A DNA stretch of 64,000 nucleotides. Origin: an uncultured Thalassobaculaceae bacterium (GTDB lineage: Bacteria > Pseudomonadota > Alphaproteobacteria > Thalassobaculales > Thalassobaculaceae). Under the pieces are notes generated by a model. It had not been told where the DNA came from. It made no database searches and saw nothing but the letters and a program-made list of their open reading frames with translations. A program made the translations under genes and the position numbers. The stretch covers positions 1,305-65,304 of the forward strand of contig CAXYEO010000026.1 in assembly GCA_964276085.1 (NCBI GenBank), read 5' to 3'. This document shows positions 1-8,571 of this stretch, piece after piece. The stretch's first letter is position 1. Each line of letters begins with the position of its first letter.

Positions 1-931
1 CCAACGCTCTCTGCTACCACCTCTAAATAATTCCCTTAAGGTGCTCAAAATAGTTTCTTTTTTCTCTTCGGACACTAAAGCGAGACCAAGATCGCTGGCT
101 CCTCTCTCCTCCAGTAAAGGAAGAAAGCCTAATGCGGTCATTGCTTTGATCCAATGCCGATGATCCACCTGAAACACCATTGGCTTTCCATCTTTATCAT
201 CGAAACTCGCTGCTATACCGGGTAATTCTCTTGTTCCGTTTATTCGAGCGCCAACTATAGGGTTTTCATTCCGCCACATCGCTGTTGTCATCGTCCACCC
301 CATCAGACGCACAATGCCGCCAACGAGTGAGGTCTCAACCTTTTGACCAATCCCAGTATTTTTGGCATGGTATAAAGCCGCTAGAAGCCCACCGAAACGT
401 AAGCATAGCACAAGACTCATCCGCAACAGAAACTACGCCGGTACGCATGGCTTCTCCCGGTCCTGCGTATGCCTCACTTATTCCCCCCAGGGCTTGTCCA
501 ACAGCGTCAGTCCCAGGCAAATCTGAATGTGGACCTAATTGGCCATAACCAGATACTGAAACATAGACTAAAGCTGGATTTATTTTTTTTAATTCTTCAT
601 AACCGAAACCGTTTTTTTCAGCCGCTCCTGGACGAAAGTTTTGACCAAATATATCTGCTGTCTCAACAAGTCTATGAAGGATTTCTTGCCCTTCTTCCGA
701 CTTGAGGTTTAGAGTAATACTTTTGACCCCTCTGTTATTAGTCTCAAAAAAAGAACTAATATCACCGCGAAGCTCCCCGGCTGTTCTAGAGCCATCCCCA
801 ACGCCAGGAACTTCAACTTTTATAACTTCTGCTCCTAGGTCAGCCATCATCATATAAGGTACTGTTCCAGCTTGCGCTGTGGAGCATGTCACTGCTCTGA
901 CACCATTTAATGGACCTACTTTCTCGGCCAT
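1..931 (-). pseudogene. Family III (CaiB/BaiF) CoA-transferase with the reading frame broken near 394; the 3' part runs off the window start
   Basis: ORF 335..931 begins MAEKVGPLNGVRAVTCSTAQAGTVPYMMMADLGAEVIKVE, a typical family III N-terminus, with a GAAGGAAAG RBS upstream. It reads ...VADESCAMLTF and then loses similarity. The next frame from ~393 down to base 1 gives GGLLAALYHAKNTGIGQKVETSLVGG..., the conserved D-x9-G(I/L)LAAL block, with no stop before the edge. One extra base around 394 explains the break. Confidence 0.65.
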
Positions 932-987
932 TTTCTTTCCTTCACCAATGACTATCTATTATTTATACATACAAATAAGACTCTAAA

Positions 988-1860
988 CTACAAGTTATCG
1001 TTAAAAAATCGCCCTAACTTATCAAGTAGCAACTCTGGCTTTTCTTCTGGAATAAAATGGCCGCATTCAGGGAAAATTTCTCCTTTAACATCAATAGCCA
1101 CTCGTCTGAGAGACGCTTCAGGATCTTTGCCTCGACCTCTTCCATTTGGATAACTAACGCCGCCGCCAATCGCTAATACCGGCATCGGTAATTTAAAATT
1201 TTTAATAATTTCCGCATTAACGTTAGCATCTTGAGCCATAGCGCGGTAATAGGAAAAACCCGCTCTCAAGGCACCTGGTTGTTTATAGGTCCTTACGTAC
1301 TCATTAATATCATTTTTAGTTATACAATCCGGTTTAAAGGCGAATGTTCGGTAAAACCATGATAAATAAACCTTCTCTCGCCCATTGATTAATTCTTCAG
1401 GTAAATCAGGCGTCATATGAAATTGATGATGCCAACGTCGTCCTCCCTCCGAAAAGTCACCGCCACAACCTGGAACAACTACATCGAGAATAACTAATTT
1501 CTCTACCGCTTGGGGATGAGAAGCGGCTAGGGCATACGCCGTTGGCCCCCCCCAATCATGTCCAACAAGTAAAAAACTCGAATAACCAAGTTCGTCAGAA
1601 ACTAATTTCCATATGTCATTTGCCACGGTCATTTTATCATAGCCGTCAATAGGCCTAGAACTATCCCCTAATCCTCGCAAGTCAGGAGCTATAACAGTAT
1701 AATTTTTTGCTAAGATCGGGATGATATGTCGCCATTCCCACCACGTTTGCGGCCAACCGTGCAGTAGAACGACAGGAGGCCCTTCCCCCGCAACTACATA
1801 ATGTAACATAACATCTCCGAGATCAGCATAGTTATGCCGTACGTCTAGATCTGTCGTCAT
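988..1860 (-). CDS. Alpha/beta hydrolase, epoxide-hydrolase-like
   Basis: 290-aa ORF with the HGWPQTWWEW (HGXP) oxyanion motif, nucleophile elbow VGHDWGG and a C-terminal catalytic His in ECGHFIPEE. Confidence 0.85.
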   Translation of the reverse strand: MTTDLDVRHNYADLGDVMLHYVVAGEGPPVVLLHGWPQTWWEWRHIIPILAKNYTVIAPDLRGLGDSSRPIDGYDKMTVANDIWKLVSDELGYSSFLLVGHDWGGPTAYALAASHPQAVEKLVILDVVVPGCGGDFSEGGRRWHHQFHMTPDLPEELINGREKVYLSWFYRTFAFKPDCITKNDINEYVRTYKQPGALRAGFSYYRAMAQDANVNAEIIKNFKLPMPVLAIGGGVSYPNGRGRGKDPEASLRRVAIDVKGEIFPECGHFIPEEKPELLLDKLGRFFNDNL

Positions 1861-2031
1861 TGCTACTCCGTTGTCTCTTTTTTAAGAAAATAACTAGGCA
1901 TAAGTATATCCTATAAATATGAGAAAACTAAAAATTACAGCACTTGTAATGATCAAGTCCACATGTGTTTATCACATCGTTGATGCTGCCGCATACTCTT
2001 TGTAATTTACAATAGAGGTAGCGTTGTAGAA

Positions 2032-2880
2032 ATGGAGTATAACGAAATGTCTATAGAAATACTTCCACTATCGGGTTCTGTTGGCGCCGAAATTAAGGGA
2101 ATTGATGTGTCACTTGTTGACGACCAACAATTTGAAAAAATAAACCAAACCCTCGTTGATTATGGCGTCATATATTTTAGAGAACAAACTTTAACTCCCA
2201 GCCAGCAATTGAGTTTTGCGTCTAGATGGAATGAACCTCATTTACATCCATACTTGAGTGGCCTCCCGGAACATCCAGAAATTATAGAGATAATAAAAGA
2301 ACCTCACGATCCAAATAATTTTGGGGATCATTGGCATACAGATCAGATTTTCACCCCAACCCCTGCTATGGCAACTATGCTATACGCAAAACAAGTACCA
2401 GAAATAGGAGGGGACACTTTATTCGCATGTATGGAACATGCATATGATGCACTTTCCGATGGAATGAAACAACTGTTGGAACGTTTATATACCTTCAATC
2501 AATACAATAAGAAGGCACCTCGTTCTGGAAAAATGCAGGCGAAGATTCCAGAGTTCGATAAACCCACTGTTCCTGCGGTACATCCACTGATTCGCAAACA
2601 TCCAGTAACAGGTCGGCCATCGCTATATTTAACCGATATAGAAACAACACTTCATTTTGAAGACATGAGCCCAGAAGAGAGCCAACCGCTCATAAAGTAT
2701 TTGATACGCCATGCAACAAGACCTGAGTTCACTTGTCGACTTGACTGGAAAATTGGAACTTTAGGTGTCTGGGATAATAGAAAGGTATTACATATGGCAT
2801 TGAATGATTATCCCGGAAAAAGAAGGGTCATGCATAGGATAACAATGAAAGGCACCCCGCCTCTTCGTTATATTCGATAA
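2032..2880 (+). CDS. TauD/TfdA family Fe(II)/2-oxoglutarate dioxygenase (taurine dioxygenase-like)
   Basis: 282-aa ORF with the HWHTD iron-binding motif, GGDTLFACMEHAYDALS, and C-terminal WDNRKVLHMA...RVMHRITMKG. The start could be ATG 2032 or ATG 2047. Confidence 0.85.
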   Translation: MEYNEMSIEILPLSGSVGAEIKGIDVSLVDDQQFEKINQTLVDYGVIYFREQTLTPSQQLSFASRWNEPHLHPYLSGLPEHPEIIEIIKEPHDPNNFGDHWHTDQIFTPTPAMATMLYAKQVPEIGGDTLFACMEHAYDALSDGMKQLLERLYTFNQYNKKAPRSGKMQAKIPEFDKPTVPAVHPLIRKHPVTGRPSLYLTDIETTLHFEDMSPEESQPLIKYLIRHATRPEFTCRLDWKIGTLGVWDNRKVLHMALNDYPGKRRVMHRITMKGTPPLRYIR

Positions 2881-2918
2881 CTGTACAATTTAAACTCTAA
2901 AGCGAAAGAAAGTTCTGA

Positions 2919-3833
2919 ATGGCTGAAGTCAGAGAAATTGCAACTGGGCTCGCGTTTCCAGAAGGTCCTATATTTTTGCCCAATGGCGAAATATTAATTG
3001 TCGAAATAGCATCGGCAAAACTGACAAAAATAAGTTTAAACGGCGATAAAACGTTAGTCGCAAAGCTGGATGGAGGACCAAATGGCGCGGCTATTGGGCC
3101 CGACGGTCGTTGTTATATCTGTAATAACGGAGGCATGCAATTTTTTGAAAAGGACGGTTGTTTCCTTCCCCGACTGTCAACTCCTACAACTCCTCATGGG
3201 TGGATTGAGGCGGTTGACTTAAAGACTGGGTCTGTTGAGACGTTGTATAAAGAATGTAATGGTAATCCACTAATAGGACCTAATGATCTTATTTTTGATT
3301 CAGAAGGTGGATTTTGGTTTACAGATCATGGCCATACAAGACGGCGCGATAAGGACCGTGGTGGCGTCTATTATGCGAGCACAAGTGGGAGAAGTATTAT
3401 TGAAGTAATTAGTCCTATGGATGGTCCAAATGGCATAGGTTTATCACCTGATGAGAAACAACTCTATGTAGCAGAGACGCCAACGGGCAGAATTTGGGCC
3501 TTTGATATTGAGCAACCAGGGAAACTCGCCAAAACAAGACAAACTATACCATGGGAAAAAGGGCGTTTAGTTGCAAGCCCCTCAGGGTACCATTTATTTG
3601 ATTCTCTTGCTTTGGACATTGAGGGAAATATTTGTGTTGGTTCTATCCCTGGGGCGATCGATGTCTTTTCCGCAGCAGGGAAGCAGATTACCTCTATCTC
3701 TTTACCAGATACTTTTCCAACCAATATTTGTTTTGGAGGTGATGATCTAAAAACAGCCTATATCACACTATCATCCTCAGGTAGGTTAGTGGCATTGGAC
3801 TGGCCAAGGCCAGGCTTACCTTTAAATTTTTAA
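2919..3833 (+). CDS. SMP-30/gluconolactonase/LRE family protein
   Basis: 304-aa ORF with propeller-type repeats: EGPIFLPNGEILIVE, GPNGAAIGPDG, GPNDLIFDSEGGFWFTD, PNGIGLSPDEKQLYVAET, DSLALDIEGNICV. Confidence 0.8.
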   Translation: MAEVREIATGLAFPEGPIFLPNGEILIVEIASAKLTKISLNGDKTLVAKLDGGPNGAAIGPDGRCYICNNGGMQFFEKDGCFLPRLSTPTTPHGWIEAVDLKTGSVETLYKECNGNPLIGPNDLIFDSEGGFWFTDHGHTRRRDKDRGGVYYASTSGRSIIEVISPMDGPNGIGLSPDEKQLYVAETPTGRIWAFDIEQPGKLAKTRQTIPWEKGRLVASPSGYHLFDSLALDIEGNICVGSIPGAIDVFSAAGKQITSISLPDTFPTNICFGGDDLKTAYITLSSSGRLVALDWPRPGLPLNF

Positions 3834-3847
3834 TCTATGGATATTTT

Positions 3848-4450
3848 ATGGCACCTGCACACGATCAACTAATTTCTGAAGATCAGTTAATACCAAACCC
3901 TCCATATAGTGGTCCGCTACATATCAGTGCCTTGAAAGGACCAAATGGATCTATTTTAGGCTTAACAAATTGCCCAGGACGTCGCCATAGATCTTTAAAT
4001 GGAAGGATATGGGATAGGAACCTTTCCGCAGATTTCAAAACTATCGAAAAATGGAATGCCGATGGACTCATAAGTCTTAATCAAAATGAAGAATTTATGA
4101 TGCTCGGCGTACCAGAATTCCCAAAACTAGCTAAAGTACAGACTTTTGACTGGTATCATTTACCTATCCATGATTTTAGCGTTCCAGGTCCAGAATTTAA
4201 TGCTGCATGGGCTCAACATGGTCCCGATATATTGCAAATGGTTAATGACGGTGCACGATTAATAATCCACTGCGCGTACGGCCTTGGTAGAAGTGGAACA
4301 TTTGCAGCCAAAATACTGACAGCATTTGATATCTGCCCGAAAAAAGCGATTGAACAAGTGAGGAGCGCGCGTCCAGGGGCCATAGAGAGCCTAATTCAAG
4401 AACAATATATCCTGACTGGTGGGACGTTGGGTGGCTCATCTTTCACCTAG
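3848..4450 (+). CDS. Cys-based protein phosphatase, CDKN3/KAP-like dual-specificity type
   Basis: 200-aa ORF with the P-loop HCAYGLGRSGT (HCxxGxxR[ST]). Upstream it has CPGRR...DRNLSADF...WYHLPIHDFSVP, the layout seen in KAP-like phosphatases. Confidence 0.7.
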   Translation: MAPAHDQLISEDQLIPNPPYSGPLHISALKGPNGSILGLTNCPGRRHRSLNGRIWDRNLSADFKTIEKWNADGLISLNQNEEFMMLGVPEFPKLAKVQTFDWYHLPIHDFSVPGPEFNAAWAQHGPDILQMVNDGARLIIHCAYGLGRSGTFAAKILTAFDICPKKAIEQVRSARPGAIESLIQEQYILTGGTLGGSSFT

Positions 4451-4546
4451 CTTACTATTTCAAAAAAATTGAGATCTCTCAACACTCAGACTGTTCAATA
4501 AAATAGAAAAATGCTTGAATAAATAAGTTCTGGCTCTCAATATTCT

Positions 4547-5620
4547 CTAATCATATGTGCCCCGGGCCACTTCAGTTGCGAACTCCAGCAACCCACGGGA
4601 TAAAGAGTCAAATTTCGAAGTTCTAGCATTGTTGTTTGGATCATTTTTGTACTTCTCATATATCTGCTTAAAGACTACAGCTAATCGGAACTGCGCCAGC
4701 ACTCGGTAATATCGAATATTAGATATATCGCGACCACTTCTCGAACCATAAAGATCTATAATTTGCTTTCTTTTAAGAAAACCGGGGAATGTGGTAGGCA
4801 TTTGTCCCAACTGTAACATTGCGGCAGGATCATGTGGCTCAGTCCAGTAGCTTAATAATACGGCCAAATCCCACAATGGATCACCACGAGTTCCCATATC
4901 CCAATCAATTAGGGCGATTGGTTCTAAATTATCAGGATTAAAAATGACATTATCTAGCTTAAAGTCGTTGTGAAGTAATACAGGTGGTTGCTCTACGATA
5001 ATATTATGATTGAGCCAACCCATTATATAATTCACAGTTATAGGTAGATCTGTCGACCACATCAATTGAGCTCTTTTGAACCAACCATTTGTAGTTCGAG
5101 CTAGGTAGCCCTCTGGAGAACCAAGATCTAACAAACCAACTTCAGCTGGCGATATATTGTGAAGGTTAATAAGCATTTCCAATAAATGCTCAGTTATTTT
5201 TTTCGGTACTGTTTGGTTTTTCATCCATCGCACGGGTAAGGTTGATCCAATAACAATCCCTGGACGATATTCAAGTATAAGGAATGGGGCGCCTAGAACT
5301 TCTGTAGTGTCCCCTATAAATAAACAGCCCGGGCTGAGAGGAAAAGAACATGATAAGCTGCGTAAAATTTTTCCTTCGCGCAACATATCATTTGCACCTG
5401 GCTGAAGAGGCCCCATAGGGGGTCGTCTCAATACTGCTGATGCCCCATCAAAATTTACTAGGTAATTCAAGTTACCAAAACCGGCAGAAAATTGTCGGGG
5501 TTCATTTTGAAGACATAGATTATGGCCAACAGACATTAAATATGATTGTAAACGAGACCAGTTTTGCTGGATTTGCAACTCTCTATTTACAAAATTTGGC
5601 TCTTCAGAAAGATCAGACAT
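4547..5620 (-). CDS. Phosphotransferase family protein (APH/choline-kinase fold)
   Basis: Catalytic loop LLHNDFKLDNVIF and metal-binding IALIDWDMGTRGDPLWDLA. The ORF track begins at 5686 with a 22-aa hydrophobic extension. I prefer ATG 5620 (MSDLSEEPNF); the start is uncertain. Confidence 0.75.
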   Translation of the reverse strand: MSDLSEEPNFVNRELQIQQNWSRLQSYLMSVGHNLCLQNEPRQFSAGFGNLNYLVNFDGASAVLRRPPMGPLQPGANDMLREGKILRSLSCSFPLSPGCLFIGDTTEVLGAPFLILEYRPGIVIGSTLPVRWMKNQTVPKKITEHLLEMLINLHNISPAEVGLLDLGSPEGYLARTTNGWFKRAQLMWSTDLPITVNYIMGWLNHNIIVEQPPVLLHNDFKLDNVIFNPDNLEPIALIDWDMGTRGDPLWDLAVLLSYWTEPHDPAAMLQLGQMPTTFPGFLKRKQIIDLYGSRSGRDISNIRYYRVLAQFRLAVVFKQIYEKYKNDPNNNARTSKFDSLSRGLLEFATEVARGTYD

Positions 5621-5741
5621 CAGCACAAATCCAATAAAACAATAAATGAACTGGACCCAATAAAAATATAATGCCAAGCCAGACATCTTAACGCAAACAT
5701 CGCAATAACATCATGATGAACTGCAACATGAAGGAAGATTA

Positions 5742-6460
5742 ATGGTCCGCATCAGAAATACAATAAAAGAAAAATTGAATTCAGGAAACTTGGCCATTGG
5801 TATTGGGATATGACAGGCCAGGACGATGGATATAGACACAGCAGTACAAATCAGTGTTACTGCCCAAGAAGTAAGGATAACAACTCTAGTCCGCGTTCCT
5901 GACTTTCAACATTTCCATGCAAGTTGGGTACTGGGTGGAGGGAAGCAAGGTTTTGTTGTCCCCCATGTGGGTACCAAAGAAATAGCAAAAAAAATAGTCG
6001 CTCAATGCAAATATCCACCAATCGGACATCGTTCTGTTACAGGCGCTCAACCCATGTTAGATTTTCAAATCTATCCAATGGGAGAGGCCACGCAAGCAGT
6101 TAACTCAGCAACATTCCTAGTCATAATATTAGAAACTCCTCTGATTATTTTTAATGCCCATGAAATTGCTGCTATACCGGCGTGGATGCATTGCTAATCG
6201 GCACCAATGATCTTTGCATGGAAATGGGACTACCAGGTCAATTGGGTCATCCTGATATCGTAGAAGCGTATAAAAAACCATCGCAGCATGCAAAAAATAT
6301 AATAAGCATGCAGGAATGGGAAGGAATATATGAACCCAATCTTATGGATAAGTATATTAATATGGGAATTAAAATGATTCTTGGAGGAAACAATCTTAGC
6401 TTGATGATAAGCGACGGAAAGGACCAAACTTTTAAAATTCGAACTAATTTTACTGGCTAA
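5742..6460 (+). pseudogene. HpcH/HpaI (2-keto-3-deoxy-acid) aldolase family gene with several lesions
   Basis: AAGGAAG RBS followed by ATG 5742 gives MVRIRNTIKEKLNSGNLAIGIGI, then an in-frame TGA at 5811..5813. The same frame continues QARTMDIDTAVQ...LVRVPDF...CKYPPIGHRSV. The usual ~25-aa G-F-D...D-x-EH segment between QART and MDID is missing. The frame shifts at ~6179..6181: AAIP then VDALLIGTNDLCMEMGLPG in the next frame. Confidence 0.7.
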
Positions 6461-6550
6461 GGGCTAAGACAACCAATTTTAGATAGGTGTTTGGGCTCTT
6501 CTTTTCAGTTTGAACTGATAAACCAGAATCACTTACTGCGTTAGAGGAAA

Positions 6551-6625
6551 TGGTGGGCACGACTGGGATTGAACCAGTGACCCCCTCGATGTCAACGAGG
6601 TGCTCTCCCGCTGAGCTACGCGCCC
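6551..6625 (-). tRNA. tRNA-Val (anticodon GAC), CCA encoded
   Basis: Minus strand reads GGGCGCG TA GCTC AGCGGGA GAGC A CCTCG TTGACAT CGAGG GGGTC ACTGG TTCAATC CCAGT CGTGCCC A CCA. It forms a full cloverleaf with a 7-bp acceptor stem (one G-U), a GGTTCAATCC T-arm, and GAC centred in a 7-nt anticodon loop. Confidence 0.9.
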
Positions 6626-6774
6626 ATTTCCAAAAATGACGAAATATTACTTGCGAGAACCGCCGTTATAGCGAAAATAACGACTTTGGCAAGACAGAAT
6701 ATCTACACTAAAATTTATAAAAAACAAAATAATTGCAAATAAACAACATTTTCAAGTCAATGAAATAAGTCATC

Positions 6775-7680
6775 ATGAATAATTTCTTAAATTTTGATAT
6801 CAAAGACAAAATCATAATACGGTCACCTCAGAAGAGGGTCCTCCCTTTAGTAGTTTCTTCACCTCACAGCGGACGGAATTATCCCCCAGACTTTGTAGCC
6901 GCCTCAGCACTAACGCCACTTCGTCTTAGATCGTCAGAAGATAGTTTTGTCGAAGATATTTTTGGTTATGCTCCAGACCTAGGGGCAACTTTGATCGAGG
7001 CCTTGTTTCCTCGCGTCTTTGTAGATGTTAACCGCCAACCTTATGAACTTGATCCCACAATGTTTTCTGATCCTCTTCCTGATTATGTGACAACTCAGAA
7101 CAATCGCATTTCTGCAGGACTAGGCACTATAGCGCGCGTTGTATCAAATGGGGAGCGAGTTTACCGAAACAAATTAACTTTTCAGGAAGCAGAAGAACGC
7201 ATTAATAATTATTATCAGCCGTACCATAACGCCCTTCAGGCTTTAATTAATAATACCAAAGATGAATTCGGGTATTGCATCCTGCTAGATTGTCACTCAA
7301 TGCCTTCTGGAAGAATAGAGTCAAATAATCCTGCGCAATCGAAACCCAGTAGATTAGCCGAAATTATCCTTGGCGATTGCCATGGTACATCCTGTCATTC
7401 CCATATAATGAAAAGCTCAAACGAATTTTTAAACGAATTTGGTTTTTCAGTTCGGCGAAATCTCCCATATGCTGGAGGGTTCATTACAAGAAACTACGGG
7501 AAACCGAAAGAAGGTGTGCACGCACTGCAAATAGAACTGAATAGATCTCTGTATATGGATGAACGTCACATAGAACCTCTCGAAGAAATAAAACAACTCA
7601 GACACGCTATGACTGGCTTCATGGAGCACCTCGGAAAACTTGCCATTCCCCATATAGGTTATAAAGAAGCGGCAGAATAA
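6775..7680 (+). CDS. N-formylglutamate amidohydrolase family protein
   Basis: 301-aa ORF with VVSSPHSGRNYP, FVDVNRQP and LLDCHSMPSG, the conserved blocks of the FGase family. Confidence 0.75.
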   Translation: MNNFLNFDIKDKIIIRSPQKRVLPLVVSSPHSGRNYPPDFVAASALTPLRLRSSEDSFVEDIFGYAPDLGATLIEALFPRVFVDVNRQPYELDPTMFSDPLPDYVTTQNNRISAGLGTIARVVSNGERVYRNKLTFQEAEERINNYYQPYHNALQALINNTKDEFGYCILLDCHSMPSGRIESNNPAQSKPSRLAEIILGDCHGTSCHSHIMKSSNEFLNEFGFSVRRNLPYAGGFITRNYGKPKEGVHALQIELNRSLYMDERHIEPLEEIKQLRHAMTGFMEHLGKLAIPHIGYKEAAE

Positions 7681-7727
7681 TTAATTCGTTGGCATAAGAC
7701 TTGCTTTGTCATTCGCAAGGAGAAATT

Positions 7728-8537
7728 ATGTCGTCATCTAGGATATTTTTTTTATTAGTTACTCTAATAATAATCAACTTCAGGGTAGTCGCCGAAACGA
7801 CTATTGATAGAGATATAGCAAAGTTGTGTGCCCGGGCTATCCATCCTGTAGAAAAGTCCCTTAATTTACCAAAAAATATCTTACGCGCAATCTCTCTAAA
7901 AGAAACTGGGCGTTGGCATCATAAACTGAAAGAAAGTATGCCTTGGCCTTGGACAGTTACCTCAGGAGGAGAAGGAGTTTATTACAATAGTAAACGGGAG
8001 GCTCTAAAAGCAGTACGTGAATTACAATATAAAGGGATCACCAATATCGATGTTGGTTGTATGCAAATAAACCTGCATTATCATCCGCACGCATTTAAGA
8101 ACCTAAAAGACGCATTCAACCCACAACTAAACGCGGGGTACGCGGGAGATTTTTTAAGTCAACTGTTTGAAGATCATGGCTCTTGGCAACAGGCGATAGA
8201 GCACTACCATTCAAATAACAAGAAAAGAGGAAAAAGGTACCGCCTAGCCGTAGAAAAACTACAAAGAATAGACAGCGTATTTTTTAGAAATGATGTCAAA
8301 TCAAACGGTCAAAATATTTGGTTAGCTAAACAAAAAATATTAAAACACAATCTCTACGAGGAAAAAGAAACAAGGAAAAATAGAGTTCAAGGATCCAAGC
8401 AGCACCGGATAAAAGAGAACCAAAGGCTCCAACAAGCTTTCAGTAAAAGGAAGGAAAAAGTTTTACAAAAGTGGAAGAAAATGATGAACCAGAGGAAACA
8501 GAAACTATCGCCCCAAAAGCCAACACATCAGAGCTAA
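7728..8537 (+). CDS. Lytic transglycosylase (SLT domain) with a basic K/R/Q-rich C-terminal tail
   Basis: AAGGAG lies 5 nt upstream of ATG 7728. There is an N-terminal anchor/signal MSSSRIFFLLVTLIIINFRVVA. SLT blocks are ISLKETGRW, PWPWTV, IDVGCMQINLHYH and HYHS. The last ~80 aa are lysine/arginine/glutamine-rich. Confidence 0.75.
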   Translation: MSSSRIFFLLVTLIIINFRVVAETTIDRDIAKLCARAIHPVEKSLNLPKNILRAISLKETGRWHHKLKESMPWPWTVTSGGEGVYYNSKREALKAVRELQYKGITNIDVGCMQINLHYHPHAFKNLKDAFNPQLNAGYAGDFLSQLFEDHGSWQQAIEHYHSNNKKRGKRYRLAVEKLQRIDSVFFRNDVKSNGQNIWLAKQKILKHNLYEEKETRKNRVQGSKQHRIKENQRLQQAFSKRKEKVLQKWKKMMNQRKQKLSPQKPTHQS

Positions 8538-8571
8538 AATATCCTTAAAGAAAAAATAGTTTCCAGACTTG

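Noticed and set aside
285-705. Plus-strand ORFs 285..548 and 469..705
   Set aside because: They are antisense to the well-supported CoA-transferase frame. Their translations are compositionally odd (S/P/R-rich) and have no recognisable motifs.
1934-2012. TTACA/TGTAA-type palindromes (ATTACA-N5-TGTAAT at 1934..1950; TTGTAA-T-TTACAA at 2000..2012) upstream of the first tauD-like gene
   Set aside because: The arms are short (6 bp) in an AT-rich spacer, the two sites have different geometry, and there is no cognate regulator nearby. This is not distinguishable from chance without comparative data.
5621-5686. Long N-terminal extensions offered by the ORF track (also 63606..63686, 57559..57627, 54071..54085, 22490..22504, 7701..7727, 18072..18110)
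   Set aside because: The extensions are hydrophobic or unrelated to the family N-termini, often start at TTG, and overlap upstream genes or RBS-bearing internal ATGs. The internal starts reproduce the canonical N-termini of the respective families.
5811-5813. In-frame TGA in the aldolase gene as selenocysteine or other recoding
   Set aside because: The same gene also carries an internal deletion and a frameshift. I saw no SECIS-like hairpin directly downstream. The expected residue at this position is Arg, not Cys/Sec.
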